From the NCBI GenBank assembly GCA_938044295.1, contig CALIRC010000010.1, positions 1-32,083 of the forward strand: a stretch of DNA of 32,083 bases, written 5' to 3'. Shown here one piece after another: positions 1-6,890 of this stretch; the first letter of the stretch is position 1, and each line of letters begins with the position of its first letter. Position numbers and translations under genes: made by a program. Under the pieces are notes generated by a model. That model saw only the letters and a program-made list of their open reading frames with translations. It was not told the DNA's origin and did not search any database. Origin of the DNA: Minisyncoccota bacterium (GTDB lineage Bacteria > Patescibacteriota > Minisyncoccia > Moranbacterales > GCA-2747515).

Positions 1-98
1 TCACTTTCATGATGCTCATCTACAGTAGAAGCATCATCGTTTGTTACGTCTGCAGGCATACAATCACACCCACAAGAGACACATTTTTCTTCAGTCAT
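1..98 (-). CDS. hypothetical protein, N-terminal part only (MTEEKCVSCGCDCMPADVTNDDASTVDEHHES...), continues past the left edge
   Basis: Hand translation of the reverse strand. The ATG at 98..96 opens a frame that stays open to base 1. It is absent from the ORF track only because under 60 aa lie in the window. The N-terminus is Cys-rich. Confidence 0.4.
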   Translation of the reverse strand, partial: MTEEKCVSCGCDCMPADVTNDDASTVDEHHES

Positions 99-134
99 CT
101 TTTTGTTTTTGCGCCCCGAAGGGCTGTGTTAATT

Positions 135-221
135 AAAAAAAGAAAACGGATTCTTTGTTTGTAACCATGTCCTCAAAAGAGGTGATACATGATTGGAAAC
201 AAAGAGACCCGTTTCTTTTAT
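135..221 (-). ncRNA. candidate short transcript or leader: imperfect hairpin of about 80 nt followed by U7
   Basis: On the minus strand, GAAACGGG/CCGUUUUC and AAACAAAG/CUUUGUUU pair, with an inner CCUC-UUUU-GAGG hairpin. The plus-strand A-run 135..141 supplies UUUUUUU. The hairpin begins a few nt after the predicted start of the 228..255 promoter. Confidence 0.4.
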
Positions 222-227
222 GTAGGT

Positions 228-255
228 ATTATAGCATACTGACAGGGGTTGTCAA
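228..255 (-). promoter_or_regulatory. sigma70-type promoter TTGACA-16 nt-TATAAT on the reverse strand
   Basis: Plus-strand TGTCAA at 250..255 and ATTATA at 228..233. Both hexamers match consensus exactly. Confidence 0.55.
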
Positions 256-292
256 GGGGTAGGATAAAAAAGGTTATTAAGAACAAATTTTT

Positions 293-320
293 TTGATAAA
301 AGAACTGACTCTGGTACAAT
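293..320 (+). promoter_or_regulatory. promoter TTGATA-16 nt-TGgTACAAT (extended -10)
   Basis: TTGATA at 293..298 and TACAAT at 315..320, preceded by TGg. The -10 overlaps the ATG at 319, which argues for the downstream in-frame start at 349. Confidence 0.45.
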
Positions 321-348
321 GAGCATATTAAATGCTAAGCAATCCTCT

Positions 349-627
349 ATGCGTTATCTCAAATACGGCTTTCTACTACTAATATGTGCTGCTTTAGCTG
401 CATTCATCCTCTATATGATCAATCAAAAAGATCAAGCAGAAGAAGTAAAAGAAGTACTACTCCCGGGCACAACGCAGGAATCTGCAGAACAACAAGTCAT
501 AAACAACATCCAAGAAAGAAATGGAGAGCCACTCCCATTGCCTGAAGAAGATACAGACATTACCCAGGATGCAGGCGAGCCACTCCCATTGCCTGAAGAT
601 CAAGAAGGGACTGGACGAGGAGAATAA
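349..627 (+). CDS. small membrane-anchored Pro/Glu-rich protein with a tandem GEPLPLPE repeat
   Basis: ORF 319..627. There is one hydrophobic helix (GFLLLICAALAAFILYMI) and an acidic tail with a duplicated 17-aa unit. The start is moved to M11 because of the promoter overlap; 319 remains possible. Confidence 0.6.
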   Translation: MRYLKYGFLLLICAALAAFILYMINQKDQAEEVKEVLLPGTTQESAEQQVINNIQERNGEPLPLPEEDTDITQDAGEPLPLPEDQEGTGRGE

Positions 628-708
628 GAAAAATCACAAGAGTTAGAAACAGTAAAGTAAGTATTCACAGAAAAAAGAACCAAAGGATAAGATAGGCAGT
701 AAAGAAAT

Positions 709-2094
709 TTAAAGTTCCATAATGTCATTTGCTTGAGGGATGATCACATTCCATGGATGCCCTTCTTCAGCAATCTTTACCTTCAGGAGCTCTGCTTGCT
801 CACCATCTCCATGGACAAGAACAACATCCTTCACATTTTTTGTAGCGAGAATATTATTGATCAAATCTCTTTGATCAGCATGAGCACTGTAAGTACGTAT
901 AGAGACTACATGAGCCTTCACATCTTTTTGTTTCCCTAGAATACGAACAGGGCTCTCACCCTCAACGATCCTACGACCAAGTGTATGTTCTGCTTGATAT
1001 CCGACGATGAGAATCGTATTACGAGCGTCATCAATATGGTGCTTGAGGTGATGTTTTACGCGACCTGCCTCGCACATACCAGAACCAGCAATAATTATAC
1101 AAGGCTTATCAAAGGCGTTAAGCTTCATACTTTCGCGCTTGCTCGCAGTATGTGTGAGACCCTTGAAAGAAAAGGGATTTTTACCTTTGTCAACAAAAAA
1201 AGCATGTGTTTCTTCATCGAAATCAGCTAAGTGATCACTAAAAATTTCAGTAAAATTTGTCGCAAGCGGGCTATCAACAAAAACAGGTAAACGTGGAATT
1301 TTTTTCTGATTGTAGAGGTGATGCAAATCGTAGAGAATTTCTTGTGTGCGCTCAAGCGCAAAGCTAGGAATAATAATTTTACCTTTGCGGCTATGTGTAT
1401 CTGCAATAACTTTTTGAAGCTCAGCGCGAGCACTACTTGACTCTTTGTGCAGGCGACCACCATAAGTACTTTCAGTAATAAGCACATCCGCCTCTGGAAT
1501 AGGATCTGACTCATGAAGAATTTTACGATTTCGCGGCCCTAAATCACCAGTAAATCCAATATGTTTATCGCCGATAGTGATGTGTATCTGTGAGCTCCCA
1601 AGGATGTGGCCGGCATTGTAAAATGTAACATCAGCAACATCTGCTACACGAAAGGTATGATTTCGTTCTTGTGGTGAAAGAAGTGAAAGACATTCATGTA
1701 CATCATCACGTGAGTACAGTGGATCCAACGCAATAATATTTGGATCTTCTTTTGCCCGCGCTGCCCAGAAAAGTGCATCTTCCTGCTGAATGTGTGCTGC
1801 ATCATACAGGAGAGGGTTAAGAAGTTCTGCAGTACCTGCAGTCGTATAGATCGGTCCACGATAACCATGCTTTACAAGTACAGGCAAAAGGCCAGAATGG
1901 TCGATATGCGCATGTGAAAGAATCACAGCATCGATATCCGTAGCAGAAAAAGGAAGTTCTTTGTTCCGGTCATGAGACTCCTTAAAATGCCCTTGATGCA
2001 TACCACATTCCAAGAGAATGCGCTTCCCATCATGTTCTATCACATGCTTACTACCTGTAACACCACCCGCAGCACCATAAAAAGTAATTTTCAT
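709..2094 (-). CDS. MBL-fold metallo-hydrolase, beta-CASP RNA-processing nuclease family (RNase J/CPSF-like)
   Basis: 461-aa ORF. It has the HxHxDH motif (SHAHIDHSG), N-terminal GGVTGS, and later conserved His/Asp positions typical of beta-CASP proteins. Confidence 0.85.
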   Translation of the reverse strand: MKITFYGAAGGVTGSKHVIEHDGKRILLECGMHQGHFKESHDRNKELPFSATDIDAVILSHAHIDHSGLLPVLVKHGYRGPIYTTAGTAELLNPLLYDAAHIQQEDALFWAARAKEDPNIIALDPLYSRDDVHECLSLLSPQERNHTFRVADVADVTFYNAGHILGSSQIHITIGDKHIGFTGDLGPRNRKILHESDPIPEADVLITESTYGGRLHKESSSARAELQKVIADTHSRKGKIIIPSFALERTQEILYDLHHLYNQKKIPRLPVFVDSPLATNFTEIFSDHLADFDEETHAFFVDKGKNPFSFKGLTHTASKRESMKLNAFDKPCIIIAGSGMCEAGRVKHHLKHHIDDARNTILIVGYQAEHTLGRRIVEGESPVRILGKQKDVKAHVVSIRTYSAHADQRDLINNILATKNVKDVVLVHGDGEQAELLKVKIAEEGHPWNVIIPQANDIMEL

Positions 2095-2214
2095 ATTATT
2101 TTGTATTGATGAGACTGCATCACTGCTAAATCAGTTTGATATGTAGTATGCATAAATCTCACAACTGTATTATAGATCTATTGTACGATAGGATGAGAGT
2201 TTTTCATAGAAATA

Positions 2215-2289
2215 GGACTTACACACGTGAGTGTAATTTTAGGCAAAATCGAAGCTTTTCACGAAAAAGTACACCAAGTGCGTAAGCCC
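2215..2289 (-). ncRNA. structured repeat element, copy 1 (75 nt); unknown family
   Basis: About 80 percent identical to the ends and core of 8686..8802. The terminal 12-bp and adjacent 6-bp helices pair fully, with G-U pairs, only on the minus strand. Confidence 0.5.
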
Positions 2290-2290
2290 T

Positions 2291-2321
2291 AAGAAAAACA
2301 GGTAGCAATATTGCCACCTGT
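2291..2321 (-). terminator. rho-independent terminator of the 2340..2549 gene
   Basis: Minus strand reads ACAGGTGGCAATATTGCTACCTGT followed by TTTTTCTT. Confidence 0.7.
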
Positions 2322-2339
2322 CTACACATCAGTCATTTC

Positions 2340-2549
2340 TCATTTTTTTTCTTTGTCTAAATAAAAAGAAAACAACTGCAAAATTTCTGCACGAATTGCG
2401 CTAAAAGTATATTTAGCCGTCCATAGGTTAATGTATGTCGAGATTAAAACACACAAAAGTGCAACAAGATACTTTTCAGCACCTGTAATGGGCAGGAAAA
2501 AAGCTAGCACAGAAAGTACAAGCGGAAGGAGGTAATATATCAATGACAT
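2340..2549 (-). CDS. small two-helix membrane protein, hypothetical
   Basis: 69-aa ORF with two hydrophobic segments. It has its own terminator and an upstream TTGACA box (plus 2641..2646). Confidence 0.55.
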   Translation of the reverse strand: MSLIYYLLPLVLSVLAFFLPITGAEKYLVALLCVLISTYINLWTAKYTFSAIRAEILQLFSFYLDKEKK

Positions 2550-2732
2550 AAGACAAGCTCCACGAAAAAAAGAACACTACCATCGTTAAAGTAACATAGA
2601 TGACAATAGTATAGAAACACTATCAATCAGCACTATGATTGTCAAGGAGTAGTAAGAACGTGAACAATGCTAGTAATGAAAAGCTACAGTTTTGATTACA
2701 ATCATGATAGAATAAAAAAAATAAAAAAACAG

Positions 2733-3968
2733 ATGAAAAACGAACATAAGATCCTTATTATTGGTGGTGGCTTCGCTGGTGTTAAATGCGCACAAAAACT
2801 CTCGAAACAGCACTTACCAGAAGGCACGCAAATTAGAATCGTAAGTAACCGCGAGCACTTTGAGTATCACGGAGCACTCTACCGTGTGGCTGCTGGAAAT
2901 ACGCCACTAGAAGTATGTTTTCCACTAAGAGAAATTATCGATACACAAAAAGTCGATATTATCCACGATACAGTAACCAAGATCGAGAAGAAAAAGAATC
3001 AGGTAAAGGGTGCAAGTGGATCCACATATAGATACGATACACTCGTAATAGCCCTTGGAGCACAGACCATCTATTTCGGTATTCCTGGACTCCGTGAAAA
3101 TGCACATGGCATGAAAAGCATCGATCGTGCAATTGGACTCAAAAATCACATCATAGAAGCAATAGAGAGTTGCGCACACAGCAAAGAAGGCAAAGAAACA
3201 TGCGGTACAAACTTTGTCGTTGTTGGGGGTGGTGCTACAGGCGTCGAAGTTGCAGGGGAATTAGTAGAGTATGCAAAAAAACTCTCTACTATGCACGGGA
3301 ATGATCCAAGTAATGTACATGTGGACCTCGTAGAGGCGCAGAATCGCATACTAGGATTAATGCCTGAAGAATTCGCAAAAAAAATGCACAGACGTCTCCA
3401 AGATCTTGGTATCAACGTCATGACAGATACAGCAATTACAGAAAGTGAAGCGCAGGGAGTACTGCTAAAGGGAAAGAATATGGAATCCAAAATTGCTGCA
3501 AAAACTGTCATATGGACAGCGGGTGTACGTGCAAATGCCCTCATCGAAGAGGCTGGCTTTACACTCGGGAGAGGGCGCAAGGCAGTGGTATGTAAACACT
3601 TACATGCCCAGGGGCACAAAAACATTTTTATGGCAGGTGATGTAGCACAAACCACGTACTCTGGCATGGCACAAACAGCACTCTACGACGGTGCATATAT
3701 AGCAGACGCAATTAGCCGTACGTTATCAGGACGAGCACTTTCGCCATACAAGCCACGAGGTGTACTCTACGCCGTCCCAGTAGGTCCAGGGTGGGCAGGT
3801 GCATCTGTTGGTTCATTAAACATGTACGGACGTATTGGGTGGTGGGTGCGGCGATTACTTGATCTTATAGTGTTTATAAAAATTGCCCCACTAGACAAAG
3901 CATGGCGTGCTTTTGGTGCAAAACATGAGGCAGGTGAACTATGTGATCATTGTAAAAAGGAAGAGTAA
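2733..3968 (+). CDS. ndh: type II NADH dehydrogenase (NDH-2), FAD-dependent pyridine nucleotide-disulfide oxidoreductase
   Basis: Two dinucleotide-binding motifs (ILIIGGGFAGV and FVVVGGGATGVE). Length and C-terminal amphipathic region fit NDH-2. The ORF opens at 2667; M23 (2733) sits just before the first Rossmann motif, so the start is uncertain. Confidence 0.85.
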   Translation: MKNEHKILIIGGGFAGVKCAQKLSKQHLPEGTQIRIVSNREHFEYHGALYRVAAGNTPLEVCFPLREIIDTQKVDIIHDTVTKIEKKKNQVKGASGSTYRYDTLVIALGAQTIYFGIPGLRENAHGMKSIDRAIGLKNHIIEAIESCAHSKEGKETCGTNFVVVGGGATGVEVAGELVEYAKKLSTMHGNDPSNVHVDLVEAQNRILGLMPEEFAKKMHRRLQDLGINVMTDTAITESEAQGVLLKGKNMESKIAAKTVIWTAGVRANALIEEAGFTLGRGRKAVVCKHLHAQGHKNIFMAGDVAQTTYSGMAQTALYDGAYIADAISRTLSGRALSPYKPRGVLYAVPVGPGWAGASVGSLNMYGRIGWWVRRLLDLIVFIKIAPLDKAWRAFGAKHEAGELCDHCKKEE

Positions 3969-4003
3969 AAGAAAAAAATCGCTTTTTTTCGCAGGAAATC
4001 TTG

Positions 4004-4012
4004 TGGTATACT
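4004..4012 (+). promoter_or_regulatory. extended -10 promoter element TGgTATACT
   Basis: The 14-mer TGTGGTATACTAAA occurs here and again at 4487..4500, each about 30-40 nt upstream of an ORF start. Confidence 0.4.
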
Positions 4013-4044
4013 AAACTGGTAAATCGCATATAAAGTCTAATCAT

Positions 4045-4368
4045 ATGGCTGATATAGCAAAGTACGTCGTAGACGTGGCAAAGTACACGGATAGTGTAAA
4101 TGAAGATGTGGTTGCGACAATCGTGAAAAACCTCGCTCCTGTCCTGGGTCGGCGTGATGCAATGCTCGTTTCCTGTAGTGATGAGAAAGAGCTACAGACT
4201 GTTCGTAAGAACTTCATTGAAAAAAAGTGTGGTGTAGATGCAAATGATGAAAAAGCAAAGGCTGCAACAGATGCAGTATGCGAAAGAATGAAAGACGATC
4301 GAACAAAAAATCGTGTAACATTCTACTACCTTCTAGCAGAGGAATTAAGGTGTCTTGGGAAATTCTAA
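4045..4368 (+). CDS. small cytoplasmic protein, DUF2853-like
   Basis: 107-aa ORF. From memory, the layout (SxSDxKELxTVxxNFxxKKxG ... FYYLLAE) resembles the DUF2853 family. A clean terminator follows. Confidence 0.65.
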   Translation: MADIAKYVVDVAKYTDSVNEDVVATIVKNLAPVLGRRDAMLVSCSDEKELQTVRKNFIEKKCGVDANDEKAKAATDAVCERMKDDRTKNRVTFYYLLAEELRCLGKF

Positions 4369-4410
4369 AGATTTCAAAAAATCAACTGAATGCACGAGAG
4401 ATTCTCGTAT

Positions 4411-4437
4411 AAAAAACCACCGTTAAGGTGGTTTTTT
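4411..4437 (+). terminator. rho-independent terminator
   Basis: AAAAAACCACCgttaaGGTGGTTTTTT. Confidence 0.8.
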
Positions 4438-4487
4438 AGCCTGTTAATATCTCGCAGTCAAAAAGTTGTGGTTTTTTAGTAGAAATG

Positions 4488-4496
4488 TGGTATACT
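4488..4496 (+). promoter_or_regulatory. extended -10 promoter element TGgTATACT
   Basis: Second copy of TGTGGTATACTAAA, 41 nt upstream of the ATG at 4538. Confidence 0.4.
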
Positions 4497-4537
4497 AAAA
4501 TCATTAAAAAAGAGGAAAAACCTCAAAAAACAAAAAT

Positions 4538-4639
4538 ATGAAAGAAGACTCAGCACATAATATGGTACTCTTTGCAGTTTTTGCAACAGCAGTTTCTGTT
4601 ATGCTAAGAAGCTATATCGATTTCGTTGTAACAGTATAG
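4538..4639 (+). CDS. candidate 33-aa hydrophobic peptide (MKEDSAHNMVLFAVFATAVSVMLRSYIDFVVTV)
   Basis: Hand-found ORF below the track cutoff. It is bracketed by its own extended -10 element and a terminator and has a single TM-like stretch. No Shine-Dalgarno sequence. Confidence 0.3.
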   Translation: MKEDSAHNMVLFAVFATAVSVMLRSYIDFVVTV

Positions 4640-4663
4640 TATACGATTTTACAGATCACATAT

Positions 4664-4690
4664 CAAAAACCACCTATTATAGGTGGTTTT
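4664..4690. terminator. bidirectional rho-independent terminator between convergent units
   Basis: AAAAACCACCTAttATAGGTGGTTTTT, with an A-run on one side and a T-run on the other. Confidence 0.75.
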
Positions 4691-4707
4691 TGATATAGAT
4701 GAGATAA

Positions 4708-5889
4708 TTAATATATAATAATCGGTGTACCAACGTCAGCCCAAGCATAGAGTTCAGCAGAGTTTTCAGAGTCATGTCGCACACACCCTGGAGAAACGGC
4801 CGCATCGATACTTGCAATTGATTCTTTTCCACCACCTGGCGAGTTTGGGAAATCAGGGTGATTAGCCGGCCATTCAACAAGATCATGGATACCGTAGAGA
4901 CCATCAGGGGTAAATGCCATCCAGTAGGGGAGGTAGACACCAAATGAGCGTGAGATTGGACGGAGGCCTTTATTTTCAACTTTAAATGTACCGGTAAGTG
5001 TAGGTGTCTCTTTTGCGCCAGGGGAATTCACAAAACTCTTGACTGCAACGCCATCTTCAAAGAGGGTGGTGAGGCGAGCATTGAGATCTATGTCAATGTA
5101 CTTCCCTTCGGTAACTTTCGGTATGACACGTTCAACGGCAAGTGTAGTGCGCTCCTGCGCTTCTTTTGGCCAGATGGTAGGCTGTGGGAGGCGCGCCTCG
5201 AATGTAACCTTACCTATAGGATAGAAATATGCATTAGATTGCTCTTTTTGCTTTGCATAGACGATAAAGTCCATAACCTTTGCAGTTTCTGTAACGCCTT
5301 TAATGGTCGCGCGCAATACTCGCTCAGAGGGTATAAGTTCTTGCTCAAGAGGGAGAAGGTCTCTTCCTACAATCCGAAAGTCAAAACTCTCAACACTACG
5401 ATCTAAGATAACATCAAATGATTTTCCATTCTCGATAACAAAGTCTTTTACATCAGCATTCGGTTCTTGAGCAGTAATTTGCGGATACCCATCAGAGCGG
5501 AAACTATAAAACGTTGAGGGGCCATCAGAATCGCCAAGTGTTAGCGCAATACTGTAGTGAGTACCAGGCGCCCACGTTGTATGAGGGGAAATCGAGAGAG
5601 TGTGGAATGTATCATCCCATTTTGTTTCAATAGGGTGGCTAGGGTAGATATCGACGTGGACAGATTCGCTATTGACTGGTGCATCGAAAATAAAAACAAT
5701 TTCTGTATCTGACACAAGGCGCGCATCAGAAACTGTATGAGGAGGAAGTTGTGCGGAAGCAGTCTCCGAATATTGTGCGCCTCCAAGGAGGGGCTTCGTA
5801 GAAAAATCAACCGGCGTGTGGAGGGGTGCACCAAGCGTACTAATGGGCACAATGATAAGTGCGTACGCAAAAAGCTTATTCTGTGCCAT
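4708..5889 (-). CDS. L,D-transpeptidase (YkuD-domain) protein, secreted
   Basis: The C-terminal catalytic region has the conserved His (YGIHD) and Cys (SPGCVRH) motifs of YkuD domains. M55 (5889) begins a signal-peptide-like MAQNKLFAYALIIVPISTLGA. The 54 codons up to 6051 look like non-coding composition. Confidence 0.8.
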   Translation of the reverse strand: MAQNKLFAYALIIVPISTLGAPLHTPVDFSTKPLLGGAQYSETASAQLPPHTVSDARLVSDTEIVFIFDAPVNSESVHVDIYPSHPIETKWDDTFHTLSISPHTTWAPGTHYSIALTLGDSDGPSTFYSFRSDGYPQITAQEPNADVKDFVIENGKSFDVILDRSVESFDFRIVGRDLLPLEQELIPSERVLRATIKGVTETAKVMDFIVYAKQKEQSNAYFYPIGKVTFEARLPQPTIWPKEAQERTTLAVERVIPKVTEGKYIDIDLNARLTTLFEDGVAVKSFVNSPGAKETPTLTGTFKVENKGLRPISRSFGVYLPYWMAFTPDGLYGIHDLVEWPANHPDFPNSPGGGKESIASIDAAVSPGCVRHDSENSAELYAWADVGTPIIIY

Positions 5890-6093
5890 ACGTCCAAGGT
5901 AGGAGCGGTACGCGCGATGCGCAGGAGCGACAAAAAGGTAAGAACGAGAGGTTCGCAGGCGATTAAAAAAAAGAAGTGCAAAAACAAAGAACTTCTCACA
6001 AAAGCGATCTAGATACTTCTTATATTGTATTTTATACGGTGGTAAAGTCATCGTAATTTGACAAGTAATAGCACGTCACATATTCCAAGGAGA

Positions 6094-6128
6094 AACAAAA
6101 AATGAGCCAACCAACTAGTGGTTGCTCA
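6094..6128 (-). terminator. intrinsic-terminator hairpin in the leader or orphan transcript upstream of the L,D-transpeptidase
   Basis: Minus strand reads TGAGCAACCActagtTGGTTGGCTCA followed by TTTTTTG. No minus-strand gene ends here. Confidence 0.55.
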
Positions 6129-6155
6129 CCCATTTGTATTTCCAGTAATAAAACC

Positions 6156-6184
6156 ATTATAGCATGATTTTTTACTCTCGTCAA
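6156..6184 (-). promoter_or_regulatory. sigma70-type promoter TTGACG-17 nt-TATAAT on the reverse strand
   Basis: Plus-strand CGTCAA at 6179..6184 and ATTATA at 6156..6161, with an exact 17-nt spacer. Confidence 0.6.
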
Positions 6185-6269
6185 GAAAAAATGAAATCCA
6201 CTGAAAGAAAAGTATGTTACAGGCGTAGTATAATGTAAGGATAATAATCTAAAAAAAATTAAAACTGCG

Positions 6270-6890
6270 ATGAAGGGGGAATTATCGGATCCGGGGAGCG
6301 GAAAACCTCAGGATGCGACAGACGAAGAGCTTGCTCGCACCGTTTCGGAAAATCCGGAAGTTTTTGGGATACTGATGCAAAGATATGAAAAAAAACTGAT
6401 GACATACATTTTGCGTAAAAGTAATGTCACAAGAGAGGTAGCAGAAGATCTGCTGCAAGAAAGCTTCCTAAAAGCCTACCAAAACATCAACAACTTCGAC
6501 ACGCGGTTATCCTTCTCTTCATGGATCTACAGAATCGTTCACAACCAAACAATTAGTGGTTGGCGCAAGGCAAAAGTCAGACCGGAGGGAAATGCTATAG
6601 AAGTAGATACGGATTTCTTAGGACGTATCGCATCAGACGAAGATCTTGCGCGAATTGTCAATCAGCAGTACCTCATAAAAAACATCACTACGATCTTCGC
6701 AGAAATGGATGAAAAATACAGAAATGTGCTTGTTCTGAGATTCATGGAAGAGAAAAGCTACGAAGAAATAGCAGATATTATAAAAAAACCCATGGGTACC
6801 GTAGCGACGTATCTCTCACGCGCCAAAAAGCAATTTATAAAAATGTCAGACAAGCGAAACAATGATTTATTTCCAGATGAAAAAGCATGA
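6270..6890 (+). CDS. ECF-type RNA polymerase sigma factor (sigma-70 family, regions 2 and 4)
   Basis: Region 2 (DLLQESFLKAY...FSSWIYRIVHNQ) and the region 4 HTH (KSYEEIADIIKKPMGTVATYLSRAKK). The size is typical of group 4 sigmas. Confidence 0.85.
   Translation: MKGELSDPGSGKPQDATDEELARTVSENPEVFGILMQRYEKKLMTYILRKSNVTREVAEDLLQESFLKAYQNINNFDTRLSFSSWIYRIVHNQTISGWRKAKVRPEGNAIEVDTDFLGRIASDEDLARIVNQQYLIKNITTIFAEMDEKYRNVLVLRFMEEKSYEEIADIIKKPMGTVATYLSRAKKQFIKMSDKRNNDLFPDEKA

Noticed and set aside
3146-3667. Long antisense ORFs inside confident genes: 3146..3667, 12605..12853, 18506..19060, 23208..23639, 27124..27594, 28399..28824, 28948..29496 and others in the track.
   Set aside because: They lie fully within well-supported CDSs on the opposite strand. 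They have Ser/Thr/Ala/Pro-rich or low-complexity compositions typical of shadow frames and carry no start-site signals.
5890-6051. A 54-codon N-terminal extension of the L,D-transpeptidase ORF.
   Set aside because: Its Arg/Tyr/Phe/Leu-rich composition looks non-coding. A signal-peptide-like sequence begins exactly at the internal ATG (5889), and a plausible -10 (TACAAT near 6022) would start transcription inside the extension.
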